NCBI GenBank assembly: GCA_000960865.2
Contig: JZWU02000029.1
Coordinates: 1-19,817, forward strand
Source of the DNA: Vulcanisaeta sp. AZ3
Lineage (GTDB): Archaea; Thermoproteota; Thermoprotei; Thermoproteales; Thermocladiaceae
DNA length: 19,817 nucleotides
Direction of reading: 5' to 3'
Of the stretch, positions 8,977-17,655 are shown in pieces; the stretch's first letter is position 1, and each line of letters begins with the position of its first letter. The notes beneath the pieces are model-generated. The model worked only from the letters and a program-made list of their open reading frames with translations. It did no database searches and was not told where the DNA came from. The position numbers and the translations under genes were made by a program.

Positions 8977-9737
8977 TTAATTGATTTTTAGTATTTCTTT
9001 GAAGAATCTTTCGTAGCCCATGTCTTCTATTGTTTTTACTACTTCTTCGTTGCCTGTGTGTACTACTGTGCCTCTTGACATGACGATTACTCTGGTTGGT
9101 TTTACGTAGTGTAGTATTTCTGCGTGGTGTGTTGTGACTAGTATTGCTGTGCCCTCCTGGGCTAGTTTTGCTATTGATTTTCCTATTATGGCTATTCCGT
9201 CTACGTCAAGTCCTGAGTCTGGTTCGTCTAGCATGGCTACCTTGGGTTTGTACATGAGCAGTTGGAGCATTTCTGCTCTTTTTGATTCCCCTCCACTGAA
9301 TCCTGCGTGTACTCCTCTCGTTAGGTGTTCTGGTTTTAGTCCTAGTTCTGTGGTTAGTTTTGTCATTTCTGTTAGGGTTTGTGGTGTTGGTGGGTCTGTT
9401 ATGTGTTTTCCTGCCTTTTTGTTAGCATTGCTGTTATTAGCATTGATAGTTTTACCTCTGGGATTGGTGTTGGGTTCTGCAGTGCTAGTAATATGCCTCT
9501 CTGCACTCTCTCCTCTGGGTATAGCTTGAGTATTGATTCTCCATCGAGCTTGATGTCACCATTGACTACTTTATACCTTGGGTGTCCAGCTATGGTTAGA
9601 AAGAGGGTTGTTTTACCGCTTCCGTTTGGTCCCATTATTGCGACTACCTCTCCTGAATTAACAGTTAGGCTTATGTTGTTTAGTATTCTCTTTCCGTCAA
9701 CCTCAACGTCTAGGTTAACCACCTCAAGCTTTGCCAT
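8977..9737 (-). CDS. sufC: Fe-S cluster assembly ATPase SufC, split by a 1-nt frameshift at about 9416-9423
   Basis: The N-terminal ORF has MGPNGSGKTT, GHPRY and LQNP. The C-terminal ORF has GFSGGE.KR.E, LDEPDSGLDVD and TH. Adding one A joins them. The gene lies next to sufBD. Confidence 0.9.
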
Positions 9738-9966
9738 TGATGGTCCTGGCATTAGCATTGTGACACTGATTAAAAATCTTTCGGTAGTGTCTATGTAAGC
9801 ATTTCGACTCACGCCAATACTTATTTCTGTTCTATGTTGAATAACGATCTACTTAGTGCGGTGGGCTTAATATTATTGATGGATTTCGCTGGTTGTATGG
9901 TCTATTATAGTTGATTTTCTGGGTATGGTTTTTAAGTAGATACGCTATTCACCTTCGGTGACACTA

Positions 9967-11400
9967 ATGAGTGATAGCTCGGTAGAGTCACTGAAGGGTA
10001 TGATTACGAAGAGCTCAATTGATGAACTATTAGGCCCTGAATTAGAGAAAGTTCCGTGGGAGGCTGTTGTTAAGGGTAGGATTACTAAGGATATGGTTGA
10101 GGAGTTGAGTAGGATTAAGGGTGAGCCTGATTGGATGAGGAGACTGAGATTGAGGGCGCTTGAGTTATTTGAGAAGTTACCGGAGCCTAAGTGGTTACCG
10201 ATAAGGGAGGAGATAGATCTGGAGTCGTTAGTGACTTATGCAAAGCCTGGTATTGAGCGTGCTAAGTCCTGGGACGAGGTACCTAGTGAGATTAGGAGGT
10301 ATTACGAGACTCTAGGACTTCCTGACCTCGAGGCTAAGGTGTTAGGTGGTTTGCTTGGTCAGTTTGATTCCGAGGTTGTTTATCTTCACGTTAAGAAGTA
10401 CCTTGAGGAAAAGGGGGCTGTTGTGACTACGATAGATGAGGCTGTTAAGAGGTATCCAGATCTCGTTAAGCAGTATTTCACGAGGGTATTTCCGCCGGGT
10501 GAGCATAAGTTCTCCGCTTTGCATGTGGCTTTGTGGAGCGGTGGTACCTTTATATACGTGCCACCAGGCGTTAAGTTGGATATGCCTATTGAGTCTTTCT
10601 TCTTAATTGGTGCGTCTGGTGAGGGTCAGTTTGAGCATTCGTTGATTGTGACTGATGAGGGCGCCTCTGTGGAGTGGCTTGAGGGTTGTGCTGCTCCTGT
10701 TTATAGGGGTTTTAGTTTTCATGATGGTATGGTTGAGGGTTATGCTGCGAGGAACGCTCATCTGAGGATAAATACGATACAGAATTGGAGTAGGAATATC
10801 ATTAATTTTAATAATAAGAGAGCTGTTGCTATGGAGAATTCGACGGTTGAGTGGGTTGAGGGTAGTCTTGGTAGTAAGGTTAGTTATACGTATCCAAGTA
10901 CCGTGCTTAAGGGTGAGGGCGCCAAGACTAGTATAATTGGTGTTACCATATCTAATGGGCCGTTTTGGAAGGAAAATGGGGCTAAGGCGTATCATGATGC
11001 GCCTAGGACCTCGAGCAAGATTGTGAATAAGAGTATTAGTATTAATGGTGGTACTGTGGTTTATAGAGGATTGGTCTACGTGAGGGAGGGAGCTAAACAT
11101 GCCAAGTCCTCCGTGTCTTGTGATTCGCTCATACTTGATGATAAGTCGAAGGCGTATACGATACCTCATGATCAGGTTTTTGAAGAGACTGCCACAGTAA
11201 CTCATGAGGCGTACACTGGTAGGCTTAGTGAGGATAAGTTGTTCTACTTGAGGAGTCGCGGTCTTGATGAGGGTGCGGCTAGGAGTCTTGTGGTTCTTGG
11301 GTTCATACAGGACATTGTGGTTAGGCTACCCACTGAGTATGCAATGACTTTAAATAGAGTTATTGAGCTTGAGTTTGGTAAGTTGTCGAAGGTTGGTTGA
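9967..11400 (+). CDS. sufB: Fe-S cluster assembly scaffold SufB
   Basis: Motifs EPDWM...RL.A, WSGGTFIYVP, GQFEHSLI, EGCAAP, TIQNWS, CDSL, HEA and LFYLRSRGL. Confidence 0.95.
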   Translation: MSDSSVESLKGMITKSSIDELLGPELEKVPWEAVVKGRITKDMVEELSRIKGEPDWMRRLRLRALELFEKLPEPKWLPIREEIDLESLVTYAKPGIERAKSWDEVPSEIRRYYETLGLPDLEAKVLGGLLGQFDSEVVYLHVKKYLEEKGAVVTTIDEAVKRYPDLVKQYFTRVFPPGEHKFSALHVALWSGGTFIYVPPGVKLDMPIESFFLIGASGEGQFEHSLIVTDEGASVEWLEGCAAPVYRGFSFHDGMVEGYAARNAHLRINTIQNWSRNIINFNNKRAVAMENSTVEWVEGSLGSKVSYTYPSTVLKGEGAKTSIIGVTISNGPFWKENGAKAYHDAPRTSSKIVNKSISINGGTVVYRGLVYVREGAKHAKSSVSCDSLILDDKSKAYTIPHDQVFEETATVTHEAYTGRLSEDKLFYLRSRGLDEGAARSLVVLGFIQDIVVRLPTEYAMTLNRVIELEFGKLSKVG

Positions 11401-11412
11401 GCGTGTTTGATT

Positions 11413-12612
11413 ATGAGCGCTAATTGGCTTGACGAGCTTAGAGGGAGGGCTAGGGAGCTTCTGCCTAAGCTGCCTTATCAGCAGATTAGGGATTCTCCAT
11501 CAGTTAAGTACTATACTCAATGGGAATATTTTGAAAGGTGCATCGATCCAAATCCCTCGGTGATTAATGGTGTTAGTCCTAGGGTTGATTGGTATGAGGC
11601 TAACATAACCTCAATAAACGCCCAATTACGTATAGCTAGGCTTCCCGAGGGGGTTAAGGCTGTGGATCTTAGTGATTTGGGCGAGGACTATGGGAAGCTC
11701 TTGTTTAGGTCTATAGATATTAATGAGTCGAAGGCTTTAGCAAGGCATGTGGCTAACCTACTCGGTGGTGCTTATATTGAAGTGACGAAAGATCTTAAGG
11801 AGCCAGTGAGAGTATTAATCGGCACTTCACAGGTACCGCAAACCTTAATTCCTACGCATTACACTGTGGTAGTTAATGATGGCGTTAAGGCTAGTCTGGG
11901 CCTTTACATAGTTAATGATGGTGGTTGTTCATCAACAACTGCTGAGATATACCTGGGCAAGAACTCTTTATTGAATTTACTCGTGGTTTCCATAGGTGAT
12001 GAGTCGCCTGGATTCACGAATATTAAGCTTATTACCAATGATGGTTCTAATGTGGTGGCTAGATCGTTATTGATTGGCGGTTCTATGAATCACCACAGGG
12101 AGGATTATTTACTTCAGGGTAAATCCTCGAGGCTTAATCATCTGAGTCTCGAAGTTGGTCTCGGCAATTCTAGGATTGATTATCAAGTGAATGCTATGCA
12201 TTTTGGTGAGAGTAGTTCAAGTTTTTCAAGGGTCCTCGGTGTTGCTAAGGATAAGGCCTTCGTGATACACAGGGCCTTGGGTAGGATATTCGAGAGCGGT
12301 AAGTGGAGTGATACGAATGTGGAAGGTAAGGTATTCGTGCTTAATGAGGGCGCCTATGCGGCTTCTGTGCCGATAATAATGGTGGATACTGGTGACGTTA
12401 ATGGGGCTAGGCACAGTGCTGCTGATGCGTCGTTGGATGAGGATATGATTAATTACTTAAGGTTGAGGGGGTTCAGTAAGAGTGAAGTTTTAGACCTCAT
12501 ACTGCATGAAATTGTCTCGCAATTCTTAGAGTCACTGCCTGAGGTATTTACAGGAGATGGTGAGTATCTTAAAGGCATTATAAATGAGAGGCTATTCCTT
12601 AAGTCTTCTTAG
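11413..12612 (+). CDS. sufD: SufD-like Fe-S assembly protein
   Basis: SufB/SufD paralogue directly after sufB, with a C-terminal P...V...DV..A.HSA...LDE....YLR.RG signature. Confidence 0.85.
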   Translation: MSANWLDELRGRARELLPKLPYQQIRDSPSVKYYTQWEYFERCIDPNPSVINGVSPRVDWYEANITSINAQLRIARLPEGVKAVDLSDLGEDYGKLLFRSIDINESKALARHVANLLGGAYIEVTKDLKEPVRVLIGTSQVPQTLIPTHYTVVVNDGVKASLGLYIVNDGGCSSTTAEIYLGKNSLLNLLVVSIGDESPGFTNIKLITNDGSNVVARSLLIGGSMNHHREDYLLQGKSSRLNHLSLEVGLGNSRIDYQVNAMHFGESSSSFSRVLGVAKDKAFVIHRALGRIFESGKWSDTNVEGKVFVLNEGAYAASVPIIMVDTGDVNGARHSAADASLDEDMINYLRLRGFSKSEVLDLILHEIVSQFLESLPEVFTGDGEYLKGIINERLFLKSS

Positions 12613-13249
12613 CTCTAATGCATGTAAAGCCGTAATTCTCAGCCTCGGATAAACTTACGTATTGAGGCTCTTCATAATAATCACCAACTCCTCTAGACAA
12701 CACTGCCACTGCCTTATCATTAATGGAAAAACCAACCTTCTCTAATAACTCTCTCAGCTCATTAACCGTGTAGAAGTGTGCTGCCGAGTAGAATTTATGG
12801 TCTCTCTTACCAAGTTCCATGTAGAGTTTGCCGTGTTGACTGTTCCTCGGGACTATGCACGTTATTAAATATCCACCTGGTTTAAGTGTTCTGTGAATTT
12901 CATGAATTGTCTTTCTTGGGTCGTCTAGGAAGCATATTGTGACTATAACCACAACGTAATTAAGTGATGAATCCCTAACCGGCATAAGCTCACCTACACC
13001 AGCCACTACCATGACACCCCTATCCCTTGCTAATCGAGCCATGCCAAGGGCTGGCTCGAGACCCAATGGTATGCCCACTTTACTTGCGAAGAAGCCACTA
13101 CCAACACCAACCTCCATGCCAAACCCATTAACTCTCAATGCAGAAACAGCCCTAACCTCTGCCTCCGCCACAAGCTCATGCTTCTTATACCAATCGTCAT
13201 AATCCAAGGCGTGCTTATTGAATATATTAACCGTACTCGTGACGCTCAC
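12599..13249 (-). CDS. Class I SAM-dependent methyltransferase
   Basis: Motifs F...A.DYD.WY, EVGVGSG, TICFLDDP and E.HRTLKPGG. Its start overlaps the upstream regulator's stop by 4 nt (GTGA). Confidence 0.88.
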   Translation of the reverse strand: MSVTSTVNIFNKHALDYDDWYKKHELVAEAEVRAVSALRVNGFGMEVGVGSGFFASKVGIPLGLEPALGMARLARDRGVMVVAGVGELMPVRDSSLNYVVVIVTICFLDDPRKTIHEIHRTLKPGGYLITCIVPRNSQHGKLYMELGKRDHKFYSAAHFYTVNELRELLEKVGFSINDKAVAVLSRGVGDYYEEPQYVSLSEAENYGFTCIRAKKT

Positions 13250-14256
13250 CCGTAGGTATCTAGTGTTAGTTCTGCAATATCGTAGGCATACTCCGAAATC
13301 CTCCTAATGCTCTCGACTATCATCATTAACCTACCGCCAACATCGACAGGTAAGCCGCTACCGTAAATTTTACCTATGGCATTGAGGCTCCTGGCTCTCA
13401 TCTCTAACCTCATGTTTAGGGTTTTGGTAGCTGCATCAAGGTCAGCATTTATGAAGGAAAGGACCGTGTTTCTAAATAGGCCTATTGCCATGAGACCGAG
13501 ATCAATAATATCAATCACTATTGGGGACTCGTTTAACTTGCAGCATATCTTAGATGCCTCATTAATTATTTGCGCTATTCTCCACGCATGATCACCTGCC
13601 CTCTCAATGGATTTAGCAACCATTAGAGAGTCCACGAGCTCTCTTGAATCCCTGACTTCGAGTTTTGATAACATTGATTGATCTATTAATCCCATCATTA
13701 CCAACCTCTCCACGAGTAAGTATAATCTATCAACTTCATTATCCCTCTCAATAATATCCTCAGGATCACCATCGGAACCCTTAAGCAGTTCTAAGGAGTC
13801 TCTAGCCATTCCAAGGACTACGAGCATCATTCTATTTATTAATCGCTTAATCGGTATTTCCGGCGTAGGCATTATAAACCTAACAATTATGTAGTCCAAA
13901 CCCTCCTCAAGAACCTCGGCCCCTGAAATCCTCTCCCTAACTAACTCCCTAACCTTACCCTTAATGCCTGCATGCCCATTAAACTTAACCCTAACCTCAT
14001 TAACACCCCTCAGGTACTGCGTAATTAACTTTCTAAGTACGTATTCAGGGTCATCAATATCAACAACAATCACATTACTACCCTCAACCTTAACTGAAGC
14101 AGTAAGCGGTGTCAGAGCTATGTAATTACCCATGAATCTAAGGAGTACATGAGAACCAGGGCTAATACCTAATGAGGATAACCATTTCTTAGGTATTGTT
14201 ATCGACAATGACGACCTACCGGCCTGCACTACTTTTCTAACCTCCTCCTCAACCAT
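13246..14256 (-). CDS. PhoU-family phosphate uptake regulator with N-terminal AbrB/MazE-like DNA-binding domain
   Basis: N-terminal RKVVQAGRSSLSITIPKKW...GI.PG (AbrB-like), followed by PhoU repeats RDNEVDRLY, KSIERAGDHA and ESIRRISEYAYDIAE. Confidence 0.9.
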   Translation of the reverse strand: MVEEEVRKVVQAGRSSLSITIPKKWLSSLGISPGSHVLLRFMGNYIALTPLTASVKVEGSNVIVVDIDDPEYVLRKLITQYLRGVNEVRVKFNGHAGIKGKVRELVRERISGAEVLEEGLDYIIVRFIMPTPEIPIKRLINRMMLVVLGMARDSLELLKGSDGDPEDIIERDNEVDRLYLLVERLVMMGLIDQSMLSKLEVRDSRELVDSLMVAKSIERAGDHAWRIAQIINEASKICCKLNESPIVIDIIDLGLMAIGLFRNTVLSFINADLDAATKTLNMRLEMRARSLNAIGKIYGSGLPVDVGGRLMMIVESIRRISEYAYDIAELTLDTYG

Positions 14257-14271
14257 AGGGTAATTACCCTA
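14256..14271. repeat. Perfect 16-bp palindrome TAGGGTAATTACCCTA at the PhoU-family start codon
   Basis: Read directly from the sequence, which is its own reverse complement. Function is not established. Confidence 0.8.
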
Positions 14272-14345
14272 AAAATAGTTCTAAAGGGTTAATTCATATA
14301 TCTTGCGGAGGAACTACTTTATAATTCCTTACAATCATTACCTAA

Positions 14346-14885
14346 GTGTTGAGAATATTAATAACAGGACCGCCTGGTGTAGGCAAGACAACCCTAATCA
14401 GGAGGGTTATTGATTATGCAAAAAGCCTGAGCATCGAGGTCTTTGGGTTTATAACATATGAAGTTAGAGAAGGAGGCAGAAGGATTGGCTTTAAGATTGC
14501 AGACGTGCATGGTAATAGGGAAGATTGGCTAGCCCACACCTCCCTGTTTCGGGGTGGGCCTATGGTTGGTAGATATTACGTGAATGTTAGAGCCATGGAT
14601 GAGGTTGGTGTTAGGGCTATTGTTGCGGCTAAGCCTAGTTCCTTGGTTGTCGTTGATGAGATTGGTAAGATGGAGTTAATGGATAGAAATTTCCTGAGGG
14701 TTCTTGAGGAGGTTGTGCCTAGTGTTCATTTTGTTGGCACAATATTCATGGCATATAGGTATAATACTGAGGTCAGGGGTTTTGTGGAGAGGTTTGGTTT
14801 TAGAGTTTTGGAGCTGAATAGGGCTAATATTGATTCTGTGTATAGTGAGGTTATTAAGGAGTTAGGTAGGTCGTTGGGTAGGTGA
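14346..14885 (+). CDS. NTPase (THEP1 / NTPase_1 family)
   Basis: Motifs ITGPPGVGKTT, GFITYEVREGG.R.GF, VGRY.V and VVDEIGKME. TTTATAA lies at 14318-14324, upstream of the GTG start. Confidence 0.92.
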   Translation: MLRILITGPPGVGKTTLIRRVIDYAKSLSIEVFGFITYEVREGGRRIGFKIADVHGNREDWLAHTSLFRGGPMVGRYYVNVRAMDEVGVRAIVAAKPSSLVVVDEIGKMELMDRNFLRVLEEVVPSVHFVGTIFMAYRYNTEVRGFVERFGFRVLELNRANIDSVYSEVIKELGRSLGR

Positions 14886-14910
14886 TTGTTTAATTATTTA
14901 ATTAAACAAT
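14885..14910. repeat. 12-bp perfect inverted repeat ATTGTTTAATTA-TT-TAATTAAACAAT
   Basis: Arms at 14885-14896 and 14899-14910, between the NTPase stop and the next TATA box (14945-14952). Confidence 0.75.
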
Positions 14911-14973
14911 AATCGTAATATCAAGAGTAATGTGATTAGTTAGGTTTAAATATTGTTTGGAATGTGGACATAC

Positions 14974-15972
14974 GTGGATAGGCTTAGGGTACTACTTGTA
15001 TCTGACTTGCATGGGTCTAGCGTGGCTTTTGGGAAGTTATCTAATGCTATAAAATACTATAAGGCTGACTTAGTTATTTTGGCTGGTGATTTGACAGGTA
15101 AGGCTCTGATTCCAATTGTTAAGGAGGATGGGGAGTTTGATATTGGCGGTGGTATTAGTAAGTATTCAGTTAATGTTTTTGGTGATGCGAAGGCTATTAG
15201 TGATAGGGAGTTAAATAATGTAATTAGGGAACTTAGGGCTAGGGGTTATTATCCAATGGTTGTTGATAAGGCTGGGTATGATGAGTTAGCAAGCAGTAGA
15301 GAGAAGGTTAGGGATTCATTTGTTAAATTGATGTTAGAGGCCTTGGAGGAGGACTTGAGGAAGGTGGAGGTTAGGTATGGGGAGGCCGGGATGAAGCTTC
15401 TTCTAATGCCGGGTAATGATGATTATCCGGAGATAGCGGATTATGTTAGGAGGAGGGCTTCGGAGGTCTTGGTACCCATTGATGAGGATGTTGTAGAGCT
15501 TAATGGCTATTACTTCCTGGGCTTTGGATACTCAACTCCAACACCTTGGCATACACCTAGGGAGGTTAGTGAGGAGGAGCTTAGGGCTAGGGTTGAGAAA
15601 CTTATACATGAAGTGGATCAGTCAAGGCTCAATAGGCTTTTCCTAGTAATTCATGATCCTCCAAACAATACATTAATCGACCAGGCTTATCAATTGAGTA
15701 AGGATTTCAAGCCTGTGATTAGGGGTGGTGAGGTTATGAGGACTCATGTTGGTAGTAAGTCTGTTAGGGAGTTGATTGAGGAGTATTCGCCATTGATAGG
15801 TCTTCATGGGCATGTGCATGAAGCGCCAGGCATTGATTATGTAAAGAGTATGGCTGGGGTTAAGGTGCCTGTGGTGAATGCAGGTAGTGAATATTCAGAG
15901 GGGGTCCTTAGGATGGCTTACTTAATCATTGAGAACAATAAGTTAAAGAATTACTTCCTACTCAGGGGTTAG
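14974..15972 (+). CDS. Calcineurin-like metallophosphoesterase (Icc-related)
   Basis: Motifs SDLHG, AGDLTG, PGNDD, HDPP and HGHVHE. GTG 14974 is preferred as start from its spacing to TTTAAATA (14945-14952); ATG 14962 is an alternative. Confidence 0.88.
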   Translation: MDRLRVLLVSDLHGSSVAFGKLSNAIKYYKADLVILAGDLTGKALIPIVKEDGEFDIGGGISKYSVNVFGDAKAISDRELNNVIRELRARGYYPMVVDKAGYDELASSREKVRDSFVKLMLEALEEDLRKVEVRYGEAGMKLLLMPGNDDYPEIADYVRRRASEVLVPIDEDVVELNGYYFLGFGYSTPTPWHTPREVSEEELRARVEKLIHEVDQSRLNRLFLVIHDPPNNTLIDQAYQLSKDFKPVIRGGEVMRTHVGSKSVRELIEEYSPLIGLHGHVHEAPGIDYVKSMAGVKVPVVNAGSEYSEGVLRMAYLIIENNKLKNYFLLRG

Positions 15973-16016
15973 CCTAAGGTAGGATTTTTAAATTAACACA
16001 ATCATCCTGAACCAAT

Positions 16017-16841
16017 GTGGAGATAAACCTAGAATCCTTAATTAAAGACTTGGCGATTAAGGCAGGTTCATTCATCAGATCAAGAACTGAGGACTTAGAT
16101 TATAGGCAGATAATGAGGAGGGGCGCCACGGATGTATCGAGGAGAATTGACCTGGAGGTTGAAGACTTAATAATAAGGGGTGTTGAGAATGAGAGATTGA
16201 ATGCAGTTATTGAGACTGAGGAGAGGGGAATAGTTAGGGTTGGTGATGATGAGCCTGAATATCACTTCGTGGTAGACCCGCTTGATGGTTCTTTAAACTT
16301 CGTACTTGGGATCCCATTCTACTCAGTCTCAATAGCGGTGGGCAGACATAGTAATACCCTTAGGTTTAATGATTTAAGTGATGGTGTAGTATATTACATA
16401 TCAAGAGATTCCCTATACTATGGGGGGCCGAGGGGTTTTGAGGCGAGGGGGGATGACTTGGGTGACTTGAGTAGTGATATTGATAGGCCTGTGGTTTCCA
16501 TGTATGTGGAACCTGACTCAGATGAGAAAATAATGATTGGTTTGAGAGAGGCGTATAATAAGTTTGGTAGGTTTAAGATAAGGGCTCTTGGATCCGCCAG
16601 TTTGGAAATGGTCATGGCCTCGATGGGTAGATTCTTAGCATTTTTAGATTTAAGGGGTAGGCTTAGGATATTTGATGTTGCTGGGGCCTATGTTATCTCC
16701 AGAGCCTTGGGTGCCCATGCTCATGTGCTTGGTGGTCAGATGTTTGGTGATGAGGTAATGAGCGTGGATAGGAGGTACAGTATAATTGTTAGTAAGAGTG
16801 AGGATGTGGCTAGAGAGTTCTCGAAGCTAATTAATGGCTAG
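16017..16841 (+). CDS. Inositol monophosphatase / FBPase (FIG) family phosphatase
   Basis: Motifs D...E, TEE.G, VDPLDGSLNF, R.LGSASLE and DVAG. TTTTAAA lies about 25 nt upstream. Confidence 0.9.
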   Translation: MEINLESLIKDLAIKAGSFIRSRTEDLDYRQIMRRGATDVSRRIDLEVEDLIIRGVENERLNAVIETEERGIVRVGDDEPEYHFVVDPLDGSLNFVLGIPFYSVSIAVGRHSNTLRFNDLSDGVVYYISRDSLYYGGPRGFEARGDDLGDLSSDIDRPVVSMYVEPDSDEKIMIGLREAYNKFGRFKIRALGSASLEMVMASMGRFLAFLDLRGRLRIFDVAGAYVISRALGAHAHVLGGQMFGDEVMSVDRRYSIIVSKSEDVAREFSKLING

Positions 16842-16919
16842 TTTAGTGAAAGTTTTAACGTTCTCATTAGTTAATAAGTGAGGAGGCCTTTTATAGGCGT
16901 TTACATTTAAGGGTAATTG

Positions 16920-17147
16920 ATGAGGATTAGGCTTAATCTCGAATGCCCTAGATGTGGTGGTGCATTGCTCCTAGAGGAGTGTAGGGGTAGGGTTAGTGTG
17001 GTGTGCGGTAGGTGCGGCCTTAAGGTTAGTTGGAGACTGCATGAAGCTGCCAGGAAGGCTTTGAAGATTACTGGTGATACATTACTCTTCGACTGGAACT
17101 CCGTAATAGATGAACTCTACCTAGAACTTGCCATGAATACCCATTGA
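16920..17147 (+). CDS. Small Zn-ribbon protein of unknown function
   Basis: 75 aa with CPRCGG...CGRCG and a helical acidic tail. TTTTATA lies at 16889-16895, and the ORF fills the gap between its neighbours. Confidence 0.75.
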   Translation: MRIRLNLECPRCGGALLLEECRGRVSVVCGRCGLKVSWRLHEAARKALKITGDTLLFDWNSVIDELYLELAMNTH

Positions 17148-17253
17148 CTCCTTCCTCACTTAAGGCCTTTTCAATCATAATACTGCCAGATCTAGAAAGG
17201 TATTAATTTAAGCATTCATAGAAATACTCGAAAATACTAATTGGTGATCTTAA

Positions 17254-17655
17254 TTGAATGAGGAGTTAGTGAATCAATTAAACAAGAGACTTAAGGAGTG
17301 GCTCTTAGAATTAGCCAACACCATAAATTGGAGAGTAGATAGAGTACTAGACTCATATAATCTGGCGAGCCGTTCAACAATAATCGACATTAGAGATAAC
17401 GGGAAAGAAATCAACGGTTTAAGACTTAGAGTCCCCTCAGAGAGTAGGGACGGCATTTATTACTACGTGTCCGTAGGACCCTACGGAGCAAAATGCACCT
17501 GCGAGGCCTCAGTAATTAAGGGCGAGGTCTGTAAGCACATAGTGGCCGGTCTAATCATGTGGAATATGATTAGTGTTATTAAGTATGGTAAGTGGATCAA
17601 TGCACGCGACCTCGAGTGGCTAAAAAACAGAACCAGCAGCGGCATAAACACTTAA
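17254..17655 (+). CDS. Stand-alone SWIM zinc-finger protein
   Basis: SWIM signature V.S.S....YYV....CTC......CKH (CxCx(n)CxH). A GGTGA ribosome-binding site at 17243-17247 precedes the TTG start. Confidence 0.85.
   Translation: MNEELVNQLNKRLKEWLLELANTINWRVDRVLDSYNLASRSTIIDIRDNGKEINGLRLRVPSESRDGIYYYVSVGPYGAKCTCEASVIKGEVCKHIVAGLIMWNMISVIKYGKWINARDLEWLKNRTSSGINT

Noticed and set aside
12599-12612. 14-bp convergent overlap of sufD and the methyltransferase
   Set aside because: Short 3' overlaps are ordinary in compact archaeal genomes.
16920-17147. Zn-ribbon protein as Trm112, the Trm9 activator
   Set aside because: It has two CxxC pairs but lacks the typical Trm112 (Y/F)PI.DGIP.L ending and carries a longer helical tail.
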